IMG/VR virus record: IMGVR_UViG_3300045976_000096 | Coordinates: 1 to 64,000 of that record | From: a virus | DNA: 64,000 nucleotides | Direction: 5' to 3' (one strand) | Part shown: piece by piece, positions 51,885 to 60,749 of the stretch | How positions within the stretch are numbered: the first letter of the stretch is position 1 | How the letters are laid out: each line of letters opens with the position of its first letter | Translations under genes and position numbers: made by a program | Notes under the pieces: model-generated | Seen by the model: the letters and a program-made list of their open reading frames with translations, nothing else | Told to the model about the DNA's origin: nothing | Database searches by the model: none

Positions 51885-52706
51885 ATGGCAAATAACAAGA
51901 ATGCCGCCCACCCTATCGGACAGGTATCGCCCGCTATCGAACAGGCTGCGCCGGCCGGCTGGGCGAGCCGTCGAGTAGACAATGGCGAGTTCGGCAGTTG
52001 GCTGCACGCATCGAAGGAAGCCGCCGAGCGACACAGCGCGAACAACGGGCCAGCGGCACCGAAGTATGAACACGTTCCCGTCTACGCCGCCCCTGCCGCT
52101 GTCTCGCCTGCCGACGCGACGGGGAAAGCTACCGACCTGACTGACGCCGAGTTCCTGTCGAAGCGCCTCGCCCGCGTGGCAAGGGCGGCTGGCGTCAAGA
52201 TACCCGAAGGCCCGCACGAGTTCATCGCTGGGGTGGCTGGGACGATTCTGGGCGAAATCGCGCGCAAGCTCGAATCCGCAACGGGGAAAGCCGACGATGC
52301 CAGTGCGGGCGGCGCGGAGCCTGAAGGTTGGCGTGAGTTCATCGAGAACATCGCAACGCCGTATAGCGAGCCAGTAAACAGCATGGTTGCCTATCGTGAC
52401 CTGGCATCCCGACAGGAACACATGCGCGATTTACGGGCCGCTGCCGCCGCACTGCTGACCAGCCACTCCCCCGCCACCAGCGCGTCTGCCGCGATGGACG
52501 CGACGCACGAGGCAATCCAGCGCGCGTGCCGTGATCTGCCCGACGACTACGAAATCTCCATTGAGCTTGAACGCGGCTCGGGGTGCGTCATGTGGCACGA
52601 ACGCGGCGGCGACTGGAATGCAATCGAGGGCGAAGGCTACCTCTGCGACGACATCCACAAGGCCATCGATTCGGCAATGGCGGCAAGCCGCAAGGGCACC
52701 AAATAA
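51885..52706 (+). CDS. Mosaic hypothetical protein
   Basis: AGGAGG RBS; ATGKA repeated internally. Confidence 0.65.
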   Translation: MANNKNAAHPIGQVSPAIEQAAPAGWASRRVDNGEFGSWLHASKEAAERHSANNGPAAPKYEHVPVYAAPAAVSPADATGKATDLTDAEFLSKRLARVARAAGVKIPEGPHEFIAGVAGTILGEIARKLESATGKADDASAGGAEPEGWREFIENIATPYSEPVNSMVAYRDLASRQEHMRDLRAAAAALLTSHSPATSASAAMDATHEAIQRACRDLPDDYEISIELERGSGCVMWHERGGDWNAIEGEGYLCDDIHKAIDSAMAASRKGTK

Positions 52707-52730
52707 TTTTATTTAACCAAGGAGGAAAAC

Positions 52731-52973
52731 ATGAGCATCAGCAAAGACTTGAGCGTTGCCGTATTTGGCCGCGCCGGCACCGGCAAGAGCACGGTCGCCA
52801 TCATCATCGCCGACGCCCTGAAGGCGGCCGGCATCAACGTTACCGTGCGCGACGAGGACACGCATCCCGAGGCGCTGGTGAACAATCAGGAATCGCGCCT
52901 GACGGTGTTGAAGGACCGCCTGAACGGCGACACCGTCGAAATCATGCAGGTTCAGCTGCCGCGGAGGACTTGA
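52731..52973 (+). CDS. Small P-loop-containing protein (80 aa)
   Basis: GRAGTGKST; AGGAGG RBS. Confidence 0.65.
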   Translation: MSISKDLSVAVFGRAGTGKSTVAIIIADALKAAGINVTVRDEDTHPEALVNNQESRLTVLKDRLNGDTVEIMQVQLPRRT

Positions 52974-52974
52974 C

Positions 52975-53586
52975 ATGCCGACCGGATACACGCACGCGCT
53001 GACCGAGCGCGACCTGAGCTTCCAGGAATACGCACTGACCTGCGCGCGCGCCTTTGGCGCCTTCGTTCATATGCGCGACGAGCCGCTCGGCGCGCCGCTG
53101 CGCCCAGACACCGTCACGTCATACTACGACGACAAGCTGACCGAAGCCAAAGCCGACCTGGACAAGTTCCAGCACATGTCGCTGGAAGATGCGCGCGTCC
53201 TGTACAACGCCGAACGTGCCGAACGGCGCACGCGTGCCGAGCAGCGCATCGAGGAAATGAAGGTGATCGAGGCGCGCTATCGCGCGCTCAAGGAAAAGAT
53301 CGACGCCTGGGCGCCGCCGACACCGGAACACCAGAGCCTCAAGCGCTTCATGCTGGAGCAGTTGATGGTATCGGCCAGCGATTACGACTCGTCCTATTAC
53401 GCGGAAGACGCCGCCCTGGCGCCGACCGTGACCGACGCCGAAGCGAGCGAATGGGTGCAGGAAAAGATCCGGGCCGCCATCAAGCAGATTGGCTACTGCA
53501 GCGACCAGCGTCGCAAGGAGCAGGAGCGCGTCGACCAGCGCAACGAATGGGCGCGCCAACTGCAGGAGTCGTTGAAAGATGGATAA
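52975..53586 (+). CDS. Phage hypothetical protein (starts MPTGYT)
   Basis: CARAFGA...WAPPTPEHQSLKRFMLEQL. Confidence 0.7.
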   Translation: MPTGYTHALTERDLSFQEYALTCARAFGAFVHMRDEPLGAPLRPDTVTSYYDDKLTEAKADLDKFQHMSLEDARVLYNAERAERRTRAEQRIEEMKVIEARYRALKEKIDAWAPPTPEHQSLKRFMLEQLMVSASDYDSSYYAEDAALAPTVTDAEASEWVQEKIRAAIKQIGYCSDQRRKEQERVDQRNEWARQLQESLKDG

Positions 53587-54130
53587 AAAGGTTGAGCTGA
53601 AGGATTTCGTCGGCAAGGAGTTCGACCTGACGGCGGTCTCCACCGCCGAGGTCGTCGCCAACGATAAATATGGCGACTTCGCAAACGCCAGCACCATCAC
53701 CTTCACGCTCGATGGCGTGACGTATCAGGCGGTGGAAGACCCGAGCGACGGCTACCGGTCCTCGCTTCGGGAAATCTTCATCTGCGACACGGAACCGGCA
53801 AACCGGTTTCCAGCCCAGCGCGTGAAGGCGACGTGGAAGGAGCCGGGTTCTTACGACAACGACACGGTCGAATTCCGTTCGGTCGCCTCGGACCTGATCG
53901 TGATGGAAGTCGGCACCGACCATGTGAATGACTATTATCCATGCTTCGTCAGCAATTTCGAGCCGAAGAACATGGACATCAACCGCACGGACGACATCCG
54001 GCAGAAGATCGCGATGGAGGAAGCCAAGCGACTCGAGGACGAACGGCATGCCCAAGATGTGCGGGACAAGCTGAACGCCAAAGCAAAGCTGGACGCGCAG
54101 CGCGACGACGCAGGCTGGGGCACCTTTTGA
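53579..54130 (+). CDS. Hypothetical protein; ends WGTF
   Basis: EDPSDGYRS, VGTDHVNDYYP. Confidence 0.7.
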   Translation: MDKKVELKDFVGKEFDLTAVSTAEVVANDKYGDFANASTITFTLDGVTYQAVEDPSDGYRSSLREIFICDTEPANRFPAQRVKATWKEPGSYDNDTVEFRSVASDLIVMEVGTDHVNDYYPCFVSNFEPKNMDINRTDDIRQKIAMEEAKRLEDERHAQDVRDKLNAKAKLDAQRDDAGWGTF

Positions 54131-54138
54131 CTTATCAG

Positions 54139-54160
54139 CCGGGCTGAACGCCCGGTTTTT
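54139..54160 (+). terminator. Rho-independent terminator
   Basis: CCGGGC-tgaac-GCCCGG-TTTTT. Confidence 0.7.
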
Positions 54161-54164
54161 GCTC

Positions 54165-54189
54165 TATAATGTGTAAGTCAGCAATGACT
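54165..54189 (+). promoter_or_regulatory. -10 with palindrome near +1
   Basis: TATAAT-gtgta-AGTCAgcaaTGACT. Confidence 0.75.
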
Positions 54190-54210
54190 TTTAATATAAA
54201 CGAGGACAAC

Positions 54211-54744
54211 ATGACGCGAACCATCCCGCAACTCGGCCATATCGTGCGCGACGCCACGACCGGCTTTACCGGCACTGCCACCCAGTACATCGAAATGCTG
54301 TCCGGCACCGTGCAGCTGGCGGTGCAGCCGATGCTGCCCGAAGGCTCCACCCACACCGGCGACGCGCTGGCGATTCCGACCGCGCTCTCCATCGACCTGC
54401 CGCAGCTGGACTACGTCAGCGCCGGCATCGCCAGCCGCGTGATCGCGCCGGCGCCGCAGACCATCAGGCTGGGCGAGGAAGTCGAGGACATCGTGACGGG
54501 CCTGCGCGGCATCACCGTGCAGCGCTCGACCTTCATCAACGGCTGCGTCTACTACAACGTGCAGCCGAAGCAGACCGCCAAGCAGAAGGAAGAAGGCACG
54601 TTCAGCGATACCGGCTTCGTCGCGGCGCAGCGCCTGGAAGTCGTCGGCGACGGCGTGGCGGCCAAGATGGCGCCGGCAACCGCGGCCCCGGCCGCCAAGC
54701 GCCCCGGCGGCCCGACCACCCGCGCACAGCGTCCGGGCTGCTGA
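54211..54744 (+). CDS. Hypothetical protein with two tandem copies of a small beta domain
   Basis: LG..V.D..TG..G...G....VQP occurs twice. Confidence 0.7.
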   Translation: MTRTIPQLGHIVRDATTGFTGTATQYIEMLSGTVQLAVQPMLPEGSTHTGDALAIPTALSIDLPQLDYVSAGIASRVIAPAPQTIRLGEEVEDIVTGLRGITVQRSTFINGCVYYNVQPKQTAKQKEEGTFSDTGFVAAQRLEVVGDGVAAKMAPATAAPAAKRPGGPTTRAQRPGC

Positions 54745-55094
54745 TGAAGACCCTGCACATTCCGCCGCTCGGCACCGAACTGACCCTGGCGGCCGACTGG
54801 ACCTTCACCCTGTACGACGAGCACCGCAACAGCGCCTTGTTCGCCGGCTTGAAGCTCAAGTTTCCGGTCGACGCCAGGGGTCATCGCCAGTGCTGGGGCG
54901 CCAACATGCTCAGCGTGCCGGCGACGCTCCCGGCCGGCACCGTGCTGACCGTGCGCCGCTACTACATCCGGCTGGGCCAGGGCGCGTTCGACAGCGTCAC
55001 CTTCTCGGCCCGGATCGGCAAGAAGTCGCACCGCTTCTGGGTCAAGCTGGCGGACGCGAACCGCATCCAGCTGGCCGACGAGGAGGCGGCATGA
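54744..55094 (+). CDS. Hypothetical protein
   Basis: TGATG coupling. Confidence 0.65.
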   Translation: MKTLHIPPLGTELTLAADWTFTLYDEHRNSALFAGLKLKFPVDARGHRQCWGANMLSVPATLPAGTVLTVRRYYIRLGQGAFDSVTFSARIGKKSHRFWVKLADANRIQLADEEAA

Positions 55095-55345
55095 TCCGCG
55101 GTGCCTGGGAAGGCTTCAAGGCCGGTGTGCGCTGGTGCGTCACCACCTGGCCGTTCGGCTACCTGTGCGACTTCGAGTGGGGCCATCAGGGCCGCATCCG
55201 GGTCACGAAGGACTTGTGGGTGATCGTCGGCGACAAGGGCGGCGGCACCGACGCGCTGCCGATCACCTTCTGCTCGCCGCAGCTGATCGCCCGCGTCGAG
55301 GAAGAACTGACGGGCCGCTGGTACGCGCCAACGACCAAGAACTGA
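55091..55345 (+). CDS. Hypothetical protein
   Basis: AGGAGG RBS, ATGA overlap. Confidence 0.6.
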   Translation: MIRGAWEGFKAGVRWCVTTWPFGYLCDFEWGHQGRIRVTKDLWVIVGDKGGGTDALPITFCSPQLIARVEEELTGRWYAPTTKN

Positions 55346-55358
55346 ATCCGCGCACGCT

Positions 55359-55409
55359 CCAGATATGGGCGTGCATAATACCACCATGACAACAACGTCA
55401 TGACTGACT
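55359..55409 (+). promoter_or_regulatory. CCAGA-N10 promoter with downstream palindrome
   Basis: CCAGA-N10-CATAAT; CGTCAtgacTGACT at 55396. Confidence 0.65.
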
Positions 55410-55431
55410 TACTTAACCACATGGAGAAAAT

Positions 55432-56580
55432 ATGTCCGAAACCATTCTGCAATCGAAGGCGGTGTTCTTCCGCGACGGCAACGACTTCACGATCGGCGAC
55501 CGCGAGAACCTGCAAATGTCCGACACGCTGCCGGTCGGCACCTACCGCCTGGATGCGGACATGCAGCGCGGCCTGTTCCTGACCAAGATCGAGAACATGA
55601 CGACGCCGGCCAAGCTGTACGGTCACACCCGCGAGCAGGCCGAGCGCATCCTGGCCACGTTCAAGGATCGCCCGTACACCACCGGCGCCCTGCTGTCGGG
55701 CACCGCCGGCTCGGGCAAGACCATGCTGTCCATGCTGATTTCGCAGATGGGCCTGCAGCAGGACTACATCACCATCGTGGTCAACCAGCGCCTGGTCGGC
55801 GAACAAGTGAATGCCTTCCTGACCCAGATCAAGCAGCCGGCGATCATCCTGTTCGACGAGTTCGAGAAGATTTTCGACGCCGAAAGCCAGAACAAACTGC
55901 TGACGCTGCTGGACGGCTCGTTCAAGTCCAAGAAGCTGTACATCCTGACCGTGAACGACACGACCAAGGTCAACCGCTACATGACCAACCGGCCCGGTCG
56001 CCTGTTCTACGCGCTGGAATTCCGCGGTCTGGACAAGGACTTCATCAAGGAGTACTGCGACGACAAGCTGATCAACAAGGCCAACACGCTCGGCGTGATC
56101 ATGGCGTCGCAATTCTTCTGGGAATTCTCCTTCGACATGCTGCAGGCGCTCGTCGAGGAAATGAACCGCTACAACGAGAACGCCACCCAGGCCATGAAGA
56201 TGCTGAACATGCGCCCGCTGAACTCGTCCTCGGGCACGTACGAAGTCCACCTGTACCACAATGGCAAGGAACTGAATGTGCGCAAGGGCCACGACACGAC
56301 CATTGACGGCACGCCGATGGCCAAAGCGGAGCAGGAATACCAGCTGGACCTGTACCCGCCTGTCTACCGCGACAAGGACGGCAGCGCCGACTACTCCGGC
56401 AAGCAGGTCAAGGAAAACGACCTCAAGGAGCACATGTCCATCGTGATCGACAACGACAAGATGATCAAATACGACATGGACAAGGACGTGTTCATCTACA
56501 ACACCGAGCACGACGGCTATCAGGTCCACTTCAAGCGCGTGAAGGCCCGCTCCACCTACTACAACTACGACGCCCTCTAA
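55432..56580 (+). CDS. AAA+ ATPase
   Basis: GTAGSGKT, LFDEFEK, NRPGR. Confidence 0.85.
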   Translation: MSETILQSKAVFFRDGNDFTIGDRENLQMSDTLPVGTYRLDADMQRGLFLTKIENMTTPAKLYGHTREQAERILATFKDRPYTTGALLSGTAGSGKTMLSMLISQMGLQQDYITIVVNQRLVGEQVNAFLTQIKQPAIILFDEFEKIFDAESQNKLLTLLDGSFKSKKLYILTVNDTTKVNRYMTNRPGRLFYALEFRGLDKDFIKEYCDDKLINKANTLGVIMASQFFWEFSFDMLQALVEEMNRYNENATQAMKMLNMRPLNSSSGTYEVHLYHNGKELNVRKGHDTTIDGTPMAKAEQEYQLDLYPPVYRDKDGSADYSGKQVKENDLKEHMSIVIDNDKMIKYDMDKDVFIYNTEHDGYQVHFKRVKARSTYYNYDAL

Positions 56581-56636
56581 CAACCCGCAAGGGCCGGCCC
56601 ACGCCGGCCCACCCTCAACCTCAACTAGGAACCACG

Positions 56637-56951
56637 ATGTCCGACAATACCGTCACCGAAAAAGCCGAGACCTACAACCCGAATCACCTGCTGGACGTCC
56701 TGCTGGCCAAGATGCAGCTGAAAAACGACGCCGCGCTGTCGCGCATGCTGGAAGTGGCGCCGCCGGTGATCAGCAAGATTCGCCACAACAAGCTGCCAGT
56801 CGGCGCCAGCCTGCTGCTGCGCATGCACGAAGTCACCGGCATTTCCGTGCGCGACCTGCGCGACCTGATGGGCGACCGCCGCCAGAAGTACCGCCTGTCC
56901 GACGCGCAGGGCAAGCCGAAGACCACCGAATCCACCACCAACCAGGAGTAA
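56637..56951 (+). CDS. Host-like XRE/HTH DNA-binding protein
   Basis: LKNDAALSRMLEVAPPVISKIRH...GASLLLRMHE. Confidence 0.75.
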   Translation: MSDNTVTEKAETYNPNHLLDVLLAKMQLKNDAALSRMLEVAPPVISKIRHNKLPVGASLLLRMHEVTGISVRDLRDLMGDRRQKYRLSDAQGKPKTTESTTNQE

Positions 56952-56954
56952 TCC

Positions 56955-57362
56955 ATGAGCAAAGTCATCATGTACAAGGCGAACGACGGTTCGCTGCACG
57001 AAACCCAGAAGGCGTGCGACGCCAAGAACATCGAACTGCGCACCGCGCCGCTGGTCGAGGAATTCGTCAACAGCCTGACCGCCGGCTCTGTCGGCGTAAC
57101 CGCCGACAGCGGTCATGTCTACATCGACCTTGCCAACCTGCCGGACTTCCTGGTCGCGCATGCCGATGTTCTGCGCGCGCTGCTGAACCGCGCCGTGCAG
57201 CCGGCGGGTCGCCCGCGCAAGCCGCGTGATCCGAACACGCCGAAGGCGCAGCGCAAACCGCGCGCCAAGAAGACCGATGCGCCGCCGGCCCCGGTCGATA
57301 CGCCCGCACCCGCCGGCGGCATCGACGACGTCCTCAAGGATCTGGGCGGCGATGCGGCCTAG
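56955..57362 (+). CDS. Hypothetical protein with basic AT-hook-like segment and acidic tail
   Basis: GRPRKPR; ends GIDDVLKDL. Confidence 0.65.
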   Translation: MSKVIMYKANDGSLHETQKACDAKNIELRTAPLVEEFVNSLTAGSVGVTADSGHVYIDLANLPDFLVAHADVLRALLNRAVQPAGRPRKPRDPNTPKAQRKPRAKKTDAPPAPVDTPAPAGGIDDVLKDLGGDAA

Positions 57363-57519
57363 TGACGGCGGCAAGGGCGACGACCGTCGTCCCGAGGACA
57401 ATGAGCGCTATCGGCAGAACCACGACCGGGTCGACTGGTCGAAGAAGGTGCCGCCAGCGCCACCCAAGCCCCAGGCGTGCTCCCGCTGGCCATTCGATGT
57501 CCGCAGGATCGACGAATAG
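57352..57519 (+). CDS. Small hypothetical protein
   Basis: GGKGDDRRP...YRQNHDRV pattern seen in small phage proteins. Confidence 0.5.
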   Translation: MRPSDGGKGDDRRPEDNERYRQNHDRVDWSKKVPPAPPKPQACSRWPFDVRRIDE

Positions 57520-57531
57520 CCGGTCCCGCAT

Positions 57532-57573
57532 CCTGACATAGCTTGGTATCATGTGCGTCAGTCAGCAATGACC
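57532..57573 (+). promoter_or_regulatory. CCTGA-N10 promoter with palindrome near +1
   Basis: CCTGA-catagcttgg-TATCAT; AGTCAgcaaTGACC at 57560. Confidence 0.8.
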
Positions 57574-57598
57574 GACGCACTTTTCATTTGAGGACAAC

Positions 57599-57886
57599 AT
57601 GGAAGACAAAAGTAAATCACCAATTAAATCCGGGTGGCGCGGCGACCTGAATGGCTATGTTGAAAATTGCGACAATACGCATGTTGCGGTGTCGGAGATT
57701 ACGCTGAAACTGGATGGCGGCACCGCCTGGGCATTGTGCAATCTGCTGACCGATAGCCAGGTCGAAAACCACCCAATGCTGGAAAAGCACCAGCGTGAAA
57801 AGATGTCCACTCTTGGCGCCGCGCTGGGTCGCTTGATCGACCACGGCGCCGCAAACAACGGCAAACGCGAGGTTATCAAACCATGA
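57599..57886 (+). CDS. Hypothetical protein
   Basis: GAGGA RBS after a promoter. Confidence 0.6.
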   Translation: MEDKSKSPIKSGWRGDLNGYVENCDNTHVAVSEITLKLDGGTAWALCNLLTDSQVENHPMLEKHQREKMSTLGAALGRLIDHGAANNGKREVIKP

Positions 57887-58446
57887 CCTTCCTGATCAAC
57901 GGCATCGATACCGAAACCACCGGCGTCGACCAGCCCAAAGGCGACCGCATCATCGAGGTCGCGATCCTGACCTTCGATTTCGCCACTCGCAAGATGGTGG
58001 ACCGCTACGTGCAGCGGATTGACCCCGAGCGTCCCATCGCCGCGGCCGCCCAGGCGGTACACGGCATTTCCTACAGCGACCTCGTCGGCCAGCCGAAATG
58101 GGAAGACGTGGCGCCCGAGGTTGGTCGCCGGCTGGACGCGGCGCCGCTGGCGATCGCGCACAACATGGATTTCGACGGCCCCTTCATCGCCGGCGAAATG
58201 GTGCGCGTGGGCCTGCCGCCGCCGAATCCGGTCGCCTTCTGCACCATGCGGAACGGGCGCTGGGCGACGTTCGACGGGAAAAGCCCGAAGCTGCAGGAAT
58301 TGGCGTTCAGTCTTGGCGTCAATTATGATCCGAAGCTCGCACACGCCGCCGAGTATGATGTTGCAATTATGATGGCGTGCTTCTTCCGCGCATACGATCG
58401 TGGCTTTTTCAAGCTGCCGGAATCCCTTCTGGCGAAAGCAGCATGA
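57883..58446 (+). CDS. DEDDh 3'-5' exonuclease (DnaQ/epsilon-like)
   Basis: DTETTG, VHGI, AHNMDFD, AHAAEYD. Confidence 0.9.
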   Translation: MTFLINGIDTETTGVDQPKGDRIIEVAILTFDFATRKMVDRYVQRIDPERPIAAAAQAVHGISYSDLVGQPKWEDVAPEVGRRLDAAPLAIAHNMDFDGPFIAGEMVRVGLPPPNPVAFCTMRNGRWATFDGKSPKLQELAFSLGVNYDPKLAHAAEYDVAIMMACFFRAYDRGFFKLPESLLAKAA

Positions 58447-59201
58447 TCCCGGCGCAGCCTGGCATTTATGCCATCGTGAACCTGACCAACGGCCGGCACT
58501 ATGTCGGCAGCGCCATCAACATCAGAAAACGCAAGGCTGTCCACCTATGCGAGCTACGTAAGGGTAAGCACGATAACTCCAAACTGCAGCGCGCTTTCAA
58601 CAAGTACGGCGAAGCCGAATTCAGGTTCGATGTGTTGGAGCTGGTAGCGGACACCACGCTGCTGATCGAGCGCGAGCAGTTCTGGATGGATTCAACCAGG
58701 CCCTTCTACAATATCCTGCGCGTCGCCGGCAGCTCGCTTGGTCGAAAGGCGACCGACGAAACCAAGGCGAAGATCGCGGCTAAAGCCCGTGGCAGGAAGT
58801 GCAATTTCACTGCCGAACATCGAGCGAACATCAGTAGGGCGACCAAGGGCAAGCGTCACGGACCACTGTCGGAAGCGCACCGGGCGCAGATCAGCGAGGT
58901 CCAAAAAGCCCGCTGGACCGATGAAGAACGACAGCGGTATGGCGAGCGCGCAGCGACGCTATTTCTCGGCAAGGAGCACACCGAGGAGACCAAGCAGGCG
59001 CTGCGTGACGTCAAGGCGGTCTACGACTACCTGATTACGGCGCCGGATGGCACCGAGCACCGGACCAACAGCATGACGAAGTTCTGCGCCGACCATCCCG
59101 AACTGCATGCCTGCGCCATGATGCGGGTCGCGCACGGCAAGCAGAAGGCGCACAAGGGATGGACGGTCATAGCCACGCACAAGCCTGGCACCGTCGCGTA
59201 A
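58443..59201 (+). mobile_element. Free-standing GIY-YIG homing endonuclease with NUMOD3-like repeats
   Basis: GIYAI.N..NG..YVGS, REQFW..YN, HTEETK / TDETKAKI repeats. Confidence 0.9.
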
Positions 59202-59234
59202 GATGGTGTCAGTTACACAACAGGGAGAAAGAGC

Positions 59235-59399
59235 ATGACGAGAAAGCCAAAGCTGACCGGCTGGAAGGACGATCGAGCGCGCACTGACGACGCCGGTCGA
59301 AACGAAGAAAAGGAAGAAAACATGAAGATGACTGAATGCTTCTGGCGCGGCCTGGATCGTGGCTTCTATCAGCTGCCGGAATCAAGGAGGGCAGCATGA
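59235..59399 (+). pseudogene. Chimeric 54-aa remnant: start resembling gene 59670 fused to a copy of the exonuclease C-terminus
   Basis: MTRKPKLTGWKDD...MTECFWRGLDRGFYQLPESRRAA*. Confidence 0.7.
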
Positions 59400-59593
59400 T
59401 CGAAGCGCCGGTACTCAAAACGGCCAACGATTTCGACCACGCTGTTCTGGTCTGGGACGCGATGACCGACGTCGTCGGCGATGACGAAAGTCACCCGCTG
59501 TTTCCGATGATGATCCTGCTGATGGAAAGTATCGGCGCATGGGAAAAGGCAGACCCGGAAGTGCAGACTTTCCTGAACAGCGAAGGCAAATGA
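59396..59593 (+). CDS. HigA-antitoxin-like N-terminal domain protein (no HTH)
   Basis: LKTANDFDHAV...VVGDDESHPLFPMMILLMESIGAWE; AAGGAGG RBS. Confidence 0.55.
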   Translation: MIEAPVLKTANDFDHAVLVWDAMTDVVGDDESHPLFPMMILLMESIGAWEKADPEVQTFLNSEGK

Positions 59594-59669
59594 TCGTCGC
59601 CAGCTGAATCATCCGAACGGGCGCCGCGTGCGCCCGTTCATACTTGAGACTCAACAAAGGGAGAAATAC

Positions 59670-59936
59670 ATGGCGCAACAACCAAAAATGACCGGCTGGA
59701 AGGACGATCCACCACCGATGGTGGGCGAATATAACGCCAGTACCTGCTACGACAGGGACGTGCTGCGCTGGTGGAATGGCCGCACTTGGTCATCGCCGTA
59801 CTGGCCGCACTGGGAAGATTGCCAGAAGCGCATTCGTCGTCGCATGGCGGCCCAGTCCAACATCAGCATCAAGTGGCGCGGCCTGGTCGAGAAGCCGGAC
59901 TATCCATTCCCGCCCGGTCCACTGGAGAAGCCGTGA
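59670..59936 (+). CDS. Small Trp-rich protein, paralog 1
   Basis: PPMVGEY...WWNGRTW...WRGL. Confidence 0.65.
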   Translation: MAQQPKMTGWKDDPPPMVGEYNASTCYDRDVLRWWNGRTWSSPYWPHWEDCQKRIRRRMAAQSNISIKWRGLVEKPDYPFPPGPLEKP

Positions 59937-60181
59937 TGACGCGCACCACCGAAACACAATATTTCGACCCCGAAGTCAAGCCGGCCGTGGACGGCGTCTA
60001 CAAGGTCAAGCACGACATCTGGTGGGGTGGCACGCGGTTCTCGCTGTGGAAGAACAGCCAATGGCACTTTGCAAGCAGTTCGCCGGATATCGCCGAACGC
60101 GAGACAATGCGTAGCATCCTGCTGTACGAGCGCGGCTTCGAGGGCTGGTGCGGCGTGATCGAGAAGCCGGAGTGGGCATGA
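59936..60181 (+). CDS. Small Trp-rich protein, paralog 2
   Basis: PAVDGVY...LWKNSQW...WCGV. Confidence 0.65.
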   Translation: MTRTTETQYFDPEVKPAVDGVYKVKHDIWWGGTRFSLWKNSQWHFASSSPDIAERETMRSILLYERGFEGWCGVIEKPEWA

Positions 60182-60402
60182 GCGAGTGGGCGGTCAGCGG
60201 CACGCCGGCGATCGGCGTACACGAAACGGCGGTGGCCTACAGCGACGTCATCAAGCCCCGGCGCAAGCGCTACCAGCACTGGAACGGCCGCTTCTGGGGC
60301 GCCATCGGCACCACCCCGGAACAGGCTCGCGCATACCGCGACGAGCCAACCCAATATCTGCCCGCGTACTGGCGGGCCATCGAGGAGGAAGTATTCGCAT
60401 GA
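60178..60402 (+). CDS. Small Trp-rich protein, paralog 3
   Basis: PAIGVH...HWNGRFW...WRAI. Confidence 0.6.
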   Translation: MSEWAVSGTPAIGVHETAVAYSDVIKPRRKRYQHWNGRFWGAIGTTPEQARAYRDEPTQYLPAYWRAIEEEVFA

Positions 60403-60749
60403 AACTGAACTGCAAAGTCGGCGACCTGGCCTACGTGAAGACGTCGAAGAAGACGCCGGAACTGGTCGGACGCGTCGTCGTGGTCGTGCGCGCGGCGAAC
60501 GAAACGGAAGAAATCTGCGGCATCAAGGGGCGCTTGCCGAACCGGCCCGGCGACCAGTGGTGGATCATTCGCTCGGCGGTCGATGGTGAAAGCCTGCCGG
60601 CCCACATGCCACATGTCGATGGCCCGATCATCAAGATCATGCTGCCGGAGCGCCCGGTGCTGGATAGCCAGCTGCGTCCGATCAGGGACGGCGAAGGTCC
60701 GGACGAAACGATGGTGTGGAAGCGCCGCGAAGACAAGGTGACGGCATGA
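60399..60749 (+). CDS. Hypothetical protein
   Basis: NCKVGDLA...DSQLRPI motif; GAGGAGG RBS. Confidence 0.65.
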   Translation: MKLNCKVGDLAYVKTSKKTPELVGRVVVVVRAANETEEICGIKGRLPNRPGDQWWIIRSAVDGESLPAHMPHVDGPIIKIMLPERPVLDSQLRPIRDGEGPDETMVWKRREDKVTA

